A stretch of DNA of 64,000 nt from assembly GCA_041685735.1 (NCBI GenBank), contig JAWLFE010000007.1, forward strand, positions 1,397 to 65,396. The letters are read 5' to 3'. Below are positions 25,052 to 33,643 of the stretch, piece after piece; within the stretch, counting starts at the first letter, position 1, and every line of letters begins with the position of its first letter. The translations under genes and the position numbers were made by a program. Below the pieces are notes generated by a model that was given only the letters and a program-made list of their open reading frames with translations, was not told where the DNA came from and searched no databases. The stretch comes from Nitriliruptoraceae bacterium. Its GTDB lineage: Bacteria > Actinomycetota > Nitriliruptoria > Nitriliruptorales > Nitriliruptoraceae.

Positions 25052-26620
25052 TCAGGCTGCGCTGTCCTTCAGCTGGCTGATACGGAAGATGACGAACTCT
25101 GCCGGCTTCACCGGCGCGATCCCGACCTCGACGATGAGCTTGCCCTCGTCGATCGAGTCCGGCGGGTTGTTGTCCTCGTCACACTTGACGAAGAAGGCCT
25201 GTTCAGCGGTAGCTCCGAACAGCGCGCCGTCACGCCACAGTCCCCGCAGGAACGCGCTGACGGTGCGCTTGACGCCGGCCCAGAGCTTCTGGTCGTTGGG
25301 CTCGAACACCACCCACTGGGTCCCGTCCATGATGGCCTGCTCGACCATGTTGAACAGGCGCCGCACGTTGATGTAGCGCCAGTCGGAGTCTGAGGAGAGT
25401 GTGCGCGCGCCCCAGACCCGGATGCCGCGGGTGCCGAAGGGACGGATGCAGTTGATCCCGATCGGGTTCAGCATCCCCTGTTCGGCCTTGGTGATGGACC
25501 GCTCGACGTCGAGCACGCCACGGATGACCTCGTTCGCCGGCGCCTTCCAGACCCCACGGGTCTCGTCGACACGCGCCCACAGGCCGGCCATGTGGCCCGA
25601 CGGCGGGATGAGGATCTCGTCATCGCCGTTGGTCGGAACCGGGTTGGCGACCTTGATCCAGGGGTAGTACAGCGCCGCGAACGCCGAGTCGTACATCGCG
25701 ACGTCCGAGCGCCACTCCTTGATGTCCTGGACGCCCATGCCCGGAGGTGCGTCGAGCACCGCCATGCGGTTGGCCTGACCCTCGCAGTGGTTGATCAGCG
25801 CGGTCTGGACGGACTTCCACATCCCGAGGTCGACCGAGCCGTCCTCCTTGGTGGCGGCGGTGATCAGGTCGGGGATCAGCACCATCGTGACGTCGTCGGC
25901 GATGACCAGGCCGTTGATGCCCTGGCGCTTGGTCTCGGAACCGGCGAAGGCCGGCGCCTTGACCTCGACGGGCTCGCGCGGGGCCGGCTCGATCGGGTAG
26001 ATGCCGGCCTTGGGCATCGCCAGGGTGATGTCGAGGTCGTCGGTGATCTCGACCTTGGTGGCGACCTTCACACGCTCGGAGGATTCGGTGACCGTGTCCA
26101 CGACGTTGGTCGGTCCGTCGGTCAGGGTCAGCCCGGCGTAGCTCTCGACGACGACGCCGTCCTGCAGGACGCTGAGGTCGAAGACCGGGTCACCGCCGTC
26201 TTCCTCGGGCTCCGCCGGGTCGATCGCGATGGACAGGCCGTCGGCCGGGCCGATCGACTCGAACTCGAGCACGTCGCCGATGGCGCGGTCAGCGGCGGGC
26301 AGACCGAGTTGACCGGGCTCCTCGGAGGGGCGGTTGTGCGGGACCCGCACGATGTAGCAGACCGAGCCGCCGTTCAGGAACCAGCCGTAGACCGCGTGCG
26401 GCAGCATCGCCCCCGGGACGAACCCGCCGTACAACGCTTCGAACTGGTTCCAGTTGGTGACCAGGCGCGGCTTCAAGCCGTCGGGATCATCCGGGTCATC
26501 ATCCGGCGCCCGCTCCGTGAAGCCCACGAACGCCGCGATGGCGGTCGCTCCGGCGGACAGCGATGCCGATCCAGACGGCACCTCTTCGATGTAGACCCCA
26601 GGGGTCAGATAACTGGGCAT
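25052..26620 (-). CDS. Contractile tail sheath protein (Afp2-4/Cis2 equivalent)
   Basis: 522 aa. The N-terminus MPSYLTPGVYIEEVPSGS and the C-terminal part (NPIGINCIRPFGTRGIRVWGARTLS...WRYINVRRLFNMVEQAI) are classic sheath signatures. GGAGGA RBS upstream. Confidence 0.92.
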   Translation of the reverse strand: MPSYLTPGVYIEEVPSGSASLSAGATAIAAFVGFTERAPDDDPDDPDGLKPRLVTNWNQFEALYGGFVPGAMLPHAVYGWFLNGGSVCYIVRVPHNRPSEEPGQLGLPAADRAIGDVLEFESIGPADGLSIAIDPAEPEEDGGDPVFDLSVLQDGVVVESYAGLTLTDGPTNVVDTVTESSERVKVATKVEITDDLDITLAMPKAGIYPIEPAPREPVEVKAPAFAGSETKRQGINGLVIADDVTMVLIPDLITAATKEDGSVDLGMWKSVQTALINHCEGQANRMAVLDAPPGMGVQDIKEWRSDVAMYDSAFAALYYPWIKVANPVPTNGDDEILIPPSGHMAGLWARVDETRGVWKAPANEVIRGVLDVERSITKAEQGMLNPIGINCIRPFGTRGIRVWGARTLSSDSDWRYINVRRLFNMVEQAIMDGTQWVVFEPNDQKLWAGVKRTVSAFLRGLWRDGALFGATAEQAFFVKCDEDNNPPDSIDEGKLIVEVGIAPVKPAEFVIFRISQLKDSAA

Positions 26621-26714
26621 GCGTTCCTCCGAGGAGTGGTAGTTGGTGCATGGGCCTTGCGGGATGCTGCTGGATCTTCGGGTTGCGCTCGTTCAGGGTC
26701 GGGGTCGGGGGGCA

Positions 26715-27104
26715 TCACGGCACCTGGACCGTGAACTGGCCGGGCACGTTGATCTTGATCACGCCGCCGTAGGCACAGTTCAGCAGGCAGGAGTCGTTCA
26801 GCGCGGGCTTGTTGCCGATCGTCACCGTGGGGCTGCCCGGAGCCCAGGGGGCCGGGAGCACGGGGACGCAGGGCATCGGGGTCAGGACCCCGAGGGCAGC
26901 CGACGTCGCGGAGGCGACGGTCGGGTTCGACAGGGAGGTGCACATCCCGAACGGTGGGACGTTGACCATGGGCGCGTTGTCCATGATCGTGGCGGCGGGC
27001 GGGCCGCCGGCGTTGACCATCGCGGACGGAACGACGGACAGCGACGAGGGAGCCACACCGAAGGTGCACTGCAGCATCGCGCCACTGACGACCTGGTTGC
27101 CCAT
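26715..27104 (-). CDS. DUF4280 PAAR-like spike-tip protein (Cis10-like)
   Basis: 129 aa. MGNQVVSGAMLQCTFGVAPSSLSVVPS...PFGMCTSLSNP...PCVPVLPAPWAPGSPTVTIGNKPALNDSCLLNCAYGGVIKI matches the DUF4280 pattern. Confidence 0.8.
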   Translation of the reverse strand: MGNQVVSGAMLQCTFGVAPSSLSVVPSAMVNAGGPPAATIMDNAPMVNVPPFGMCTSLSNPTVASATSAALGVLTPMPCVPVLPAPWAPGSPTVTIGNKPALNDSCLLNCAYGGVIKINVPGQFTVQVP

Positions 27105-27680
27105 CTAGGCGCCCTCCTGTTCGGAGGTGGTCGGGTCGTCCTCGTCGTCGGCCGGATCCTGCGGCGGCTGGGGCAGCATGCGTTCGATGTCCGCCGTTCC
27201 CGCGACGACCGAACCGCTGACCACGTCACGGTCGGGGAACACCAGGACACACACGATCTGACGGTCCCCGACCTCGCTCTCGGCGTTCCAGCCGTCGAAG
27301 GTGGGCAGCATGTAGCTGAAGAACACGCCATCATCGAGGGTGAGCCCGAGCGAGGATTCGAGTTCGGTGAGGCAGGCACCATCGGCGAACGATGCCACCT
27401 CGCTGGCGCCGGGGTAGTCGTCATCGGGGTGGGTGACCAGCCCGAAGACCTCCTGGGTGTGCGGCTCGGCGCAGGGGACGATGTCGATCTGTGAGATCTC
27501 GCCGCTGACCTCGCCACCCGGATCGAGGCAGTCGCCCACCTCGAGCTCGAACACGGAGATCTCGCCGGGGTTGACAACCATGCCGTCCGCGTCGCGGATC
27601 TCGTCCTCGTCCGAACAGCCCAGCAGCACGACGGCGAGCGCGACAGCGAGCAGCACACGACGCGACGACGCTCGTCGCAT
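27105..27680 (-). CDS. Exported lipoprotein of the septum-formation-family type (GDC ... C..PH..EVF motifs)
   Basis: I trimmed the listed ORF to the ATG at 27680. MRRASSRRVLLAVALAVVLLGCS gives a signal peptide plus lipobox. Further motifs: ELEVGDCLDPGG, IVPCAEPHTQEVFGLV, DGACLTE. Its TAG stop directly abuts the PAAR-like gene's ATG (TAGATG). Confidence 0.65.
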   Translation of the reverse strand: MRRASSRRVLLAVALAVVLLGCSDEDEIRDADGMVVNPGEISVFELEVGDCLDPGGEVSGEISQIDIVPCAEPHTQEVFGLVTHPDDDYPGASEVASFADGACLTELESSLGLTLDDGVFFSYMLPTFDGWNAESEVGDRQIVCVLVFPDRDVVSGSVVAGTADIERMLPQPPQDPADDEDDPTTSEQEGA

Positions 27681-28053
27681 GGTCGCATGCGACGGAGCGA
27701 TGCTGGCACGCCTCGTCCCCCGACCCTCGGCACCCACCTGCGACACGACAACTCCTGGGACGAGGGCCGGTCATGCGCCCTGATCAAACGACCGTGACTC
27801 CGTCCACCTGAGCTGGACTCTAAGGGTCCAAGGCATCACGTTGCTGCGTGGTCGTGTCCCGGCCGACGTGTCGTGCGCTCTGCAGTGCTGCCGATGCGTT
27901 CGCCGCATGGTCGAACGAGCCGGTCACGGGCCTCGGTCCCGGACCGGAACCTCGGTCTCTCCTGCACCCTGCACCTGCCGAGGAACGCAGCCCGTCCCAC
28001 CGACGACCTCAGCTAGGTTCGCCGCCCCCCCCCAGCATCCCCGCAGAGGTTCC

Positions 28054-28400
28054 GTGCCCACGGCCCGTCACGACACCCACCGTCGAACACGACGGTCGAT
28101 CGCCCCTACCGGACGGTCCACGCGTCCGGCCGAGTCCTCCCCGTCCGGCCACCACGCCCAGGTGCTGCAGCTCCAGCAGGATGCCGGCAACGCCGCCACC
28201 TCGGCGCTGTTGGAACCATCGAACTCACCGGCCACGGGCGGGGCATCAGCTGGAACTACGAGATCGAGCTTGACACGGTCGCCATCGTCGATGGCCTCTG
28301 GGGGGTGATCTCGCGCTGGGGGTCCTGGCTCTCGGGGGTCTCCAGCTCACTGGACGACGCCCTGACCGATGAAGACGGCGAACCGATCAGGATCTTCTGA
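28054..28400 (+). pseudogene. Small ORF broken by a frameshift. The N-terminal part carries an LQLQQDAGNAATSALL motif and the C-terminal part is hydrophobic/amphipathic
   Basis: Frame 1 from the GTG at 28054 (AGAGG RBS) reads MPTARHDTHRRTRRSIAPTGRSTRPAESSPSGHHAQVLQLQQDAGNAATSALLE with good GC3. After about 28213 GC3 collapses in frame 1 and becomes very high in frame 3, which reads TIELTGHGRGISWNYEIELDTVAIVDGLWGVISRWGSWLSGVSSSLDDALTDEDGEPIRIF and stops at 28398-28400. The frame 3 segment has no start codon of its own. Confidence 0.4.
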
Positions 28401-28885
28401 TGGTCGACCTGCAGTACTACGGACTGCCTGACCTCGGGATCGATATCGCCGCCCCGACCGCGTGGTCGTTCACTACCGATGATGAGGTCGCCGATGCGGT
28501 GTTCTCTGCGGACGAGGCCCACGGTTTCCGCACCAACGTTGCGTTGACCCTCGACCGCCTGGATCCGCCGACCCCCGAACGCTTCGAGCAGATCATCACG
28601 GAGCTCCCCGAGATGCTGGCCGAACGCCACGACAACACCGAGGTACACCTCGACCGGCGGTTCGCGCAGGAAGGCATGCCGGCCTGGCTGGTGCGCTATT
28701 CGTGGCGGCCGGACGGGGCGGCGCACGCCGTCGAACAGGTGATGGCCCTGATCGTCGTCGATCTGGAGCAGGGCGCCGTGGTCCAGTTCGACGCCTCGAC
28801 GATCACCCCGCTCGCCGACGATCACCTCCGGCTGGTCCAGGCGATGCTCGGTTCGGTGCGGCCCTTCAAGGACAGCGACGCCTGA
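28400..28885 (+). CDS. DUF1795 / Eag-like (PsbP-fold) protein; candidate chaperone or immunity partner of the upstream ORF
   Basis: 161 aa. The ATG overlaps the upstream TGA (TGATG). The layout ...PTAWSF...FRTNVALTLDRLDPPTPERFEQIITELPEMLAE...GMPAWLVRYSWRPDGAAHAVEQVMALIV... resembles DUF1795 proteins as I remember them. Confidence 0.55.
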   Translation: MVDLQYYGLPDLGIDIAAPTAWSFTTDDEVADAVFSADEAHGFRTNVALTLDRLDPPTPERFEQIITELPEMLAERHDNTEVHLDRRFAQEGMPAWLVRYSWRPDGAAHAVEQVMALIVVDLEQGAVVQFDASTITPLADDHLRLVQAMLGSVRPFKDSDA

Positions 28886-28909
28886 ACCGCCCGCGGTCGG
28901 TCGCGGTCG

Positions 28910-31123
28910 CTACCTGCGCCGCAGGCCTCGCAACCGGAGCTTGGCGGCTGCCGCCGCTTCCTCGTGGCCGCTGTTGACGACCCGTTCGAACAGCTTGCGG
29001 GCCTCCCGAGCACGCTGCAGGCGCTCCAACAGGATCCCGAGGCTGACCGCCGCCATGGGGCCGATGTCCGGGTGGCCGCTGGCGATGGCCGCCCGGTACA
29101 GGTTCTCCGCCTCCTTGCGGCGTCGCTGCTGCTCCAGGAGCCACGCCAGGTTGTAGGCCGCCATCGGTCCGGCTTCCGGATGACCGCTGTCGACCGCCTG
29201 CTCGTAGGAGCTGATCGCCTCCTCGGTGCGACGCTGCTGTTCGTAGAGCCAGCCGAGGTTGAACGCCGCCATCGGAGTGGCGTCAGCGTGCCGGGCCGCC
29301 AGCGCCTGCTGGTAGGCGACCTCAGCCTCGCCGACCCGCTCGACGTCCTCCAGCACGCCGCCGAGGTGGAACGCCGCCATCGGTGCATGGCCGGCATGGC
29401 CACTCTCCACGGCGTGCCGGTAGGACGCCTCGGCGCGGCCCGCGTGTCCCTGCTGCTCGTAGAGCAGCCCGAGGCCGAACGCCGCCAAGGGCGCGACCTC
29501 ATCGTCGGAGGAACCGAGCGCGCGCTCCCACGCCTGCTCGACGAGGTCGGTGCGCTCGGCGGCCAGCGCCGCACGCCCGACCACGACCACCTGCTCCGGA
29601 GACACGCGGTCGATGATCGTGCGCCAGATCGACGTGGGAACGGGGCCCTCGAGCAGCGCGACCTCGTCGACCACGGTCGACGCGACCCGGTAGGAGGGCT
29701 CACCGGCACCGGGTACCGGGACGAGGAGGGTCCGGTCGGGTGCGACCTCGGCGGTGGCCCGGTCCAACGCCTCGTCGACGGGGTGCCCGTCGGGTGCTCC
29801 GTCCGATCCTGCCGCCGTCTGTCCGACCAGGGCCCGGATGAGATCCACGGGGACGGGACCATGCAGGCCGACCCGGTGCCAGGTGGCGGCTGCCGTGATC
29901 ACGGCAGCCAGGAGGGGGTCGTTCTCGCGGACCTCGCGGTAGCGGTCCCGCAGTTGATCGGCTGCGCCGAACCACGATGGCAACCACCGCAGCCGCGGGT
30001 TGAGTGACTGATCGGGGAACCGTCCGAAGGCACGCCCGAGTTCGTCATCGCTGAGCTCCGGCGACAGATCGTGCGCATCGGATGCGGCCCGCAACCACCG
30101 TTCGACCGGTTCCGCCACCAGGTCGGGCAGCCGCAGACGTGGCGCGGAGATGGTCAGCGCGACGATGCAGCCGGGCAAGCGGCTGACCAACCGGTCCAGC
30201 ACCGGCAGCGTCAATCCCTGACCCAGGTGCTCGTGCGCGTCATCGATCCACACGATGACGGGGCCGCGGTCTGCGAGGTCCAGCGACGGCACGGCGTCCG
30301 CGAGCGCTTCGAGCGGTCGCGCAGCCAGATCGTCACCCCCGGGCAGTGGAGGTTCGACCACCAGCACGGTGCGGTAGCCGGCCGCACGCCGCAGGGCCTC
30401 CCAGAGCGTGCGGCTGGTCCCGGATCCGGGGGCCCCGCGGACGACCACGACGCCACCGGTCGAGGCCAACGCATCAGGCTGGAGTGACCGGTCCAGCGCG
30501 GCATCGACATCACGGCGGACGTACGGGGGCTGGGCCTGCCCGACAACGCGCTGTGCGGTCGCCGAGGCCACGATCCCCACCTGAGCGGGGTCGAGATCGC
30601 CGAGCGGTGTCGGCGCCATGCGCAGGAACGGTCGATGCGGCGCGGGAACGGGTTCCGGCGCGGGTTCGGGTGCCGGATCGGGCTCGGGTTCCGGTTCGGG
30701 CTCCGGCGCCGGCTCCGGTTCCGGCTCGGACTCCGGCGTCGGCTCCGGCTCCGGCGCTGGCTCGGGTTCCGACTCGAGCTCGGGTTCCGGCGCGGGCTCC
30801 GGTTCGGGCTCGGGTTCCGGCGCGGGCGCGGGTTCCGGCCCCGGCTCGGGTTCGGGGTCGGGGGCAGGTTCGGGCTCGGGGTCGGGGTCGGGGGCTGCGG
30901 ACGACGGTTGCTCACCGACCGAGATGCCAGGGGCCGCACGCCGGAGCACCGCGAGCGTCAAGCCGCCGCCGGCCATCGTCAGGACGGCGACGACCACGCT
31001 GATCGACGGATCGGCACCGAACAGGATCGACACGAGCGAGCCGCCGCCGCTGCCGACCAGGGCCCATGCGGCGAGCTCCTGCCACGGACGGGAGCCGCTG
31101 GCCTGCGAGGCGGGATCCGTCAT
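28910..31123 (-). CDS. Membrane-anchored protein with two N-terminal TM helices, an 86-aa (PE)n linker, a degenerate P-loop NTPase domain and about 5 C-terminal TPR-like repeats
   Basis: 737 aa. ATGA overlap with the AAA+ gene's stop. TM helices: [17 protein letters not shown] and [20 protein letters not shown]. Walker A-like GAPGSGTS has Thr where the invariant Lys should be. Walker B-like [12 protein letters not shown]-like repeats are of the type Y..A..SGH....PMAAF.LG.L.E. Confidence 0.8.
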   Translation of the reverse strand: MTDPASQASGSRPWQELAAWALVGSGGGSLVSILFGADPSISVVVAVLTMAGGGLTLAVLRRAAPGISVGEQPSSAAPDPDPEPEPAPDPEPEPGPEPAPAPEPEPEPEPAPEPELESEPEPAPEPEPTPESEPEPEPAPEPEPEPEPDPAPEPAPEPVPAPHRPFLRMAPTPLGDLDPAQVGIVASATAQRVVGQAQPPYVRRDVDAALDRSLQPDALASTGGVVVVRGAPGSGTSRTLWEALRRAAGYRTVLVVEPPLPGGDDLAARPLEALADAVPSLDLADRGPVIVWIDDAHEHLGQGLTLPVLDRLVSRLPGCIVALTISAPRLRLPDLVAEPVERWLRAASDAHDLSPELSDDELGRAFGRFPDQSLNPRLRWLPSWFGAADQLRDRYREVRENDPLLAAVITAAATWHRVGLHGPVPVDLIRALVGQTAAGSDGAPDGHPVDEALDRATAEVAPDRTLLVPVPGAGEPSYRVASTVVDEVALLEGPVPTSIWRTIIDRVSPEQVVVVGRAALAAERTDLVEQAWERALGSSDDEVAPLAAFGLGLLYEQQGHAGRAEASYRHAVESGHAGHAPMAAFHLGGVLEDVERVGEAEVAYQQALAARHADATPMAAFNLGWLYEQQRRTEEAISSYEQAVDSGHPEAGPMAAYNLAWLLEQQRRRKEAENLYRAAIASGHPDIGPMAAVSLGILLERLQRAREARKLFERVVNSGHEEAAAAAKLRLRGLRRR
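30638..30895 (-). repeat. In-frame low-complexity (Pro-Glu/Pro-Asp/Pro-Ala)n coding repeat
   Basis: It translates as [34 protein letters not shown]...EPVPAP, residues 77-162 of the 737-aa protein. The DNA consists of ggctc/ggttc/ggcgc-type 6-nt units. Confidence 0.8.
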
Positions 31124-33228
31124 GTGCTCGGAGCCTCCAACAGGTACCGGAACTCACCCAGGTCAGCTGAGGACAGCTGCCGGCCGATCTTTCGGTGTTC
31201 ACGGATCGTGGCGCGAACCAGGTCCTCCATGGTCACCGGGCGTTCCTCGTCCGCAGCTCGGTAGGCGGCACTCACCACGACGTTGCGGATCTCGCTGCCG
31301 GACATCCGGAACCGATCGGCGAGCAGTTCGACGTCGACATCGTCGGCCTGCGGCAGTTCCGGCTGGAGCTTGGCCCGCCACAACCGCTGGCGTTGGTGCT
31401 CGTCCGGGCTCGGGAAGTCGACGATGGCGTCCAACCGGCGCATGAAGGCATCGTCGAGGTTGGCCGCCAGGTTGGTCGTCAGGATGGCCACGCCGTCGAA
31501 GGTCTCCATCCGCTGCAGCAGGAACGCGACCTCGACGTTCGCATGCCGATCCTTGGCGTCCGAGACAGCGGACCGCTTCCCGAAGAGCGCGTCGGCTTCG
31601 TCGAACAACAGCACGCCGTTGACCCGGTCGGCCTCGTCGAAGATCCGCTCGAGGTTCTTGGATGTCTCCCCGATGTACTTGTCGACAACGGTCGACAGAT
31701 CCACGAGGTACAGGTCGAGCCCGAGTTCCCCGGCGATCACCTCGCTGGCCAGCGTCTTGCCGGTCCCCGACCCGCCCGCGAACAGGGCACTGACGCCACG
31801 ACCGCGTGCGGCCCCGCGTCCCATGGCCCAGTCCTCGAGGACCTGGTCGCGATGGCGCCAGCGACTGGCGAGCTCGCGGAGTTGCCCGCCGATCTCAGCG
31901 GGAACGATCAGGTCGTCCCAGCGCGCCGTCGGCTCGACGCGGCGGGCCAGCCGCTGCAAACCGGCCGCGTTCTGCGACCGGGCTCCGCGTTGCACGTCGG
32001 CGTCGGTGATCGGCCGGCCGGATGCACGGGCCTGCTGCCTGGCTGCGGTCGCAGCACGTCGGATCTGACCCGGCGTCAGCCGGAACTGTGCGGTGGTCGC
32101 GACCGGATCGACACCGTCTGCCAACTCCCCGCCGAGGGCCGTCGACCACAGGTCGGCCTGCACCTCATCGCTGATCCGTTCCGCAGCGAGGACGACCGGG
32201 ACATCCGTCGACCAGGTCGGGTCCCAACCCGCCGCGCCGTACAACAGGACGGTCCCCTGCGTGTCCGCGAAGGCCCGGATGCCGTCGTCGCGACCGTCGA
32301 CCAACACGTCGACCGGGCCGGCGACCAGACCGGCGTCCCGCAGACGGGCCTCGCGACCAGCCGCGAGCGCCAGCGCGACGAGGTCCGCGTCGGTCGGGAC
32401 CTGCGACAGGTCCAGCGTGATGGCGGACCGATCCGACGCGGTCAGGGCGGCGACGGCCGTGGCAGCGGCGCCCGCACCGCGATGGTCGACGAGGTAGCCG
32501 AAGGTGGCACCCGCCTGCAGAGCCCGGGCCAGGTGGTCCGCAACCGGATCGGCCACCCCGACCGGATCGACCTCGCAACCACTGAGTGCCGCATCCGGGG
32601 TGTCATCACCGAGGAGATGCGCAACGACACGGTCCGGGACACGCAGGCTACGGGTGAGCATCGGTCGCTCGGGTGCCTCGATCGTGAGCAGTCCGGCGCG
32701 GACGAGCGGTCCCGCAGAGCCCAGCCGCGCCCGTCCCCGCCCGGATGCCATCGAGGCGCCGCAGAGCTGGAGGGCCATCCCGACCGTGGCCCGCCGGAGC
32801 GAGACATCGTCGTTGAGGTAGCCGTACAGGGGCTCGAAACGCTGGTCGAGATCCGGGGCCAGGGCGACGAGGAGGAGCTCGACGTCCAGCGGATCGAGCC
32901 CGAAGGCGTGGCGCAGGCCACGCAGGCGTAACCGGGCACCGGCAGCCTCGTTCTCGTCGGCGTCTCGTTCGGCCTCGACCAGCCAAGCGGCGGTGTCGGG
33001 ATCATCTGTGATCGGCTCGAGGGGCCCCGTCTCGAAGAGCTGATCGACCCGCGCGTCAGAGACGTACAGACCCCGGAATCGGTCGTCGGGATCGGCGCCA
33101 TCGGCTCGACGCCGTGTCACCTCGGCATGGACGCGCGCTTCGATGACCCCGAGCCGGTCGAGCAGGTGACGGACCGACGGATCGTCGTCGACGGCCGTTG
33201 TGGCCACGTTCACGCCTTCCGTCTCCAC
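31120..33228 (-). CDS. CIS-associated AAA+ ATPase (Afp15/Cis15-like)
   Basis: 702 aa. The C-terminal AAA module carries Walker [12 protein letters not shown] and Walker [16 protein letters not shown]. The long N-terminal domain ([37 protein letters not shown]) is typical of eCIS ATPases. The start is uncertain: ATG at 33228 or the GTG 5 codons downstream. Confidence 0.85.
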   Translation of the reverse strand: METEGVNVATTAVDDDPSVRHLLDRLGVIEARVHAEVTRRRADGADPDDRFRGLYVSDARVDQLFETGPLEPITDDPDTAAWLVEAERDADENEAAGARLRLRGLRHAFGLDPLDVELLLVALAPDLDQRFEPLYGYLNDDVSLRRATVGMALQLCGASMASGRGRARLGSAGPLVRAGLLTIEAPERPMLTRSLRVPDRVVAHLLGDDTPDAALSGCEVDPVGVADPVADHLARALQAGATFGYLVDHRGAGAAATAVAALTASDRSAITLDLSQVPTDADLVALALAAGREARLRDAGLVAGPVDVLVDGRDDGIRAFADTQGTVLLYGAAGWDPTWSTDVPVVLAAERISDEVQADLWSTALGGELADGVDPVATTAQFRLTPGQIRRAATAARQQARASGRPITDADVQRGARSQNAAGLQRLARRVEPTARWDDLIVPAEIGGQLRELASRWRHRDQVLEDWAMGRGAARGRGVSALFAGGSGTGKTLASEVIAGELGLDLYLVDLSTVVDKYIGETSKNLERIFDEADRVNGVLLFDEADALFGKRSAVSDAKDRHANVEVAFLLQRMETFDGVAILTTNLAANLDDAFMRRLDAIVDFPSPDEHQRQRLWRAKLQPELPQADDVDVELLADRFRMSGSEIRNVVVSAAYRAADEERPVTMEDLVRATIREHRKIGRQLSSADLGEFRYLLEAPST

Positions 33229-33296
33229 CCGGTGCCACCTCGACCCTGCCTCGGGCCCACCGCATCGCGGTCGTGCCTCCCGGCCCTGCGGCGGGC

Positions 33297-33347
33297 GAGC
33301 CTACTGCCCCCGGCCCGGCCGCAGCCGGGCGCGTGGCGAGTAGGCTC
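33297..33347. promoter_or_regulatory. Extended imperfect inverted repeat in the divergent region upstream of the AAA+ gene
   Basis: GAGCCTACT (33297-33305) pairs with AGTAGGCTC (33339-33347). An inner CCCGGC/GCCGGG stem surrounds a CGCA loop. Read directly. Confidence 0.4.
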
Positions 33348-33370
33348 CCCCACGATCCGGGAGGTACGCG

Positions 33371-33616
33371 ATGCGCATGGAGTCCGTGGCGGTGCTGCGC
33401 TGGATCAGCTCAGCGACGGTCGCTCGTGGCGAGGATGCGGTCGTCGCGGAGCTGGAACCGGCACTCATCGATGCGGTCCGCGGTAACGGGCTGACACCCA
33501 CCGGGGACATGAGCATCCGACAGGTCGACCCATCGGAGTACCCCCAGACGCTGGCCGCCAAGCCCGCGGACGACCCCGGCGCCCTGTTGCATCTGGCCGA
33601 GGTGGACGTCGACTGA
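33371..33616 (+). CDS. Hypothetical small protein (81 aa)
   Basis: ATG with GGGAGG 7 nt upstream and high GC3 throughout. No motif I recognise. Confidence 0.55.
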   Translation: MRMESVAVLRWISSATVARGEDAVVAELEPALIDAVRGNGLTPTGDMSIRQVDPSEYPQTLAAKPADDPGALLHLAEVDVD

Positions 33617-33643
33617 TCGAGCCGGGGCCGGGATCGGATCCGG

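Noticed and set aside
27815-27835. A small AT-richer inverted repeat, TGGAC-TCTAAGG-GTCCA, in the divergent region between the lipoprotein gene and the plus-strand insert
   Set aside because: The arms are only 5 bp and I could not identify flanking -35/-10 elements. This is too weak to call a promoter or operator without transcript mapping.
30638-30895. The GC-rich hexanucleotide repeat, considered as a non-coding satellite or CRISPR-like element
   Set aside because: It is in frame within the 737-aa ORF. It translates to a continuous (PE/PD/PA)n linker between the TM helices and the P-loop domain, so it is coding low complexity.
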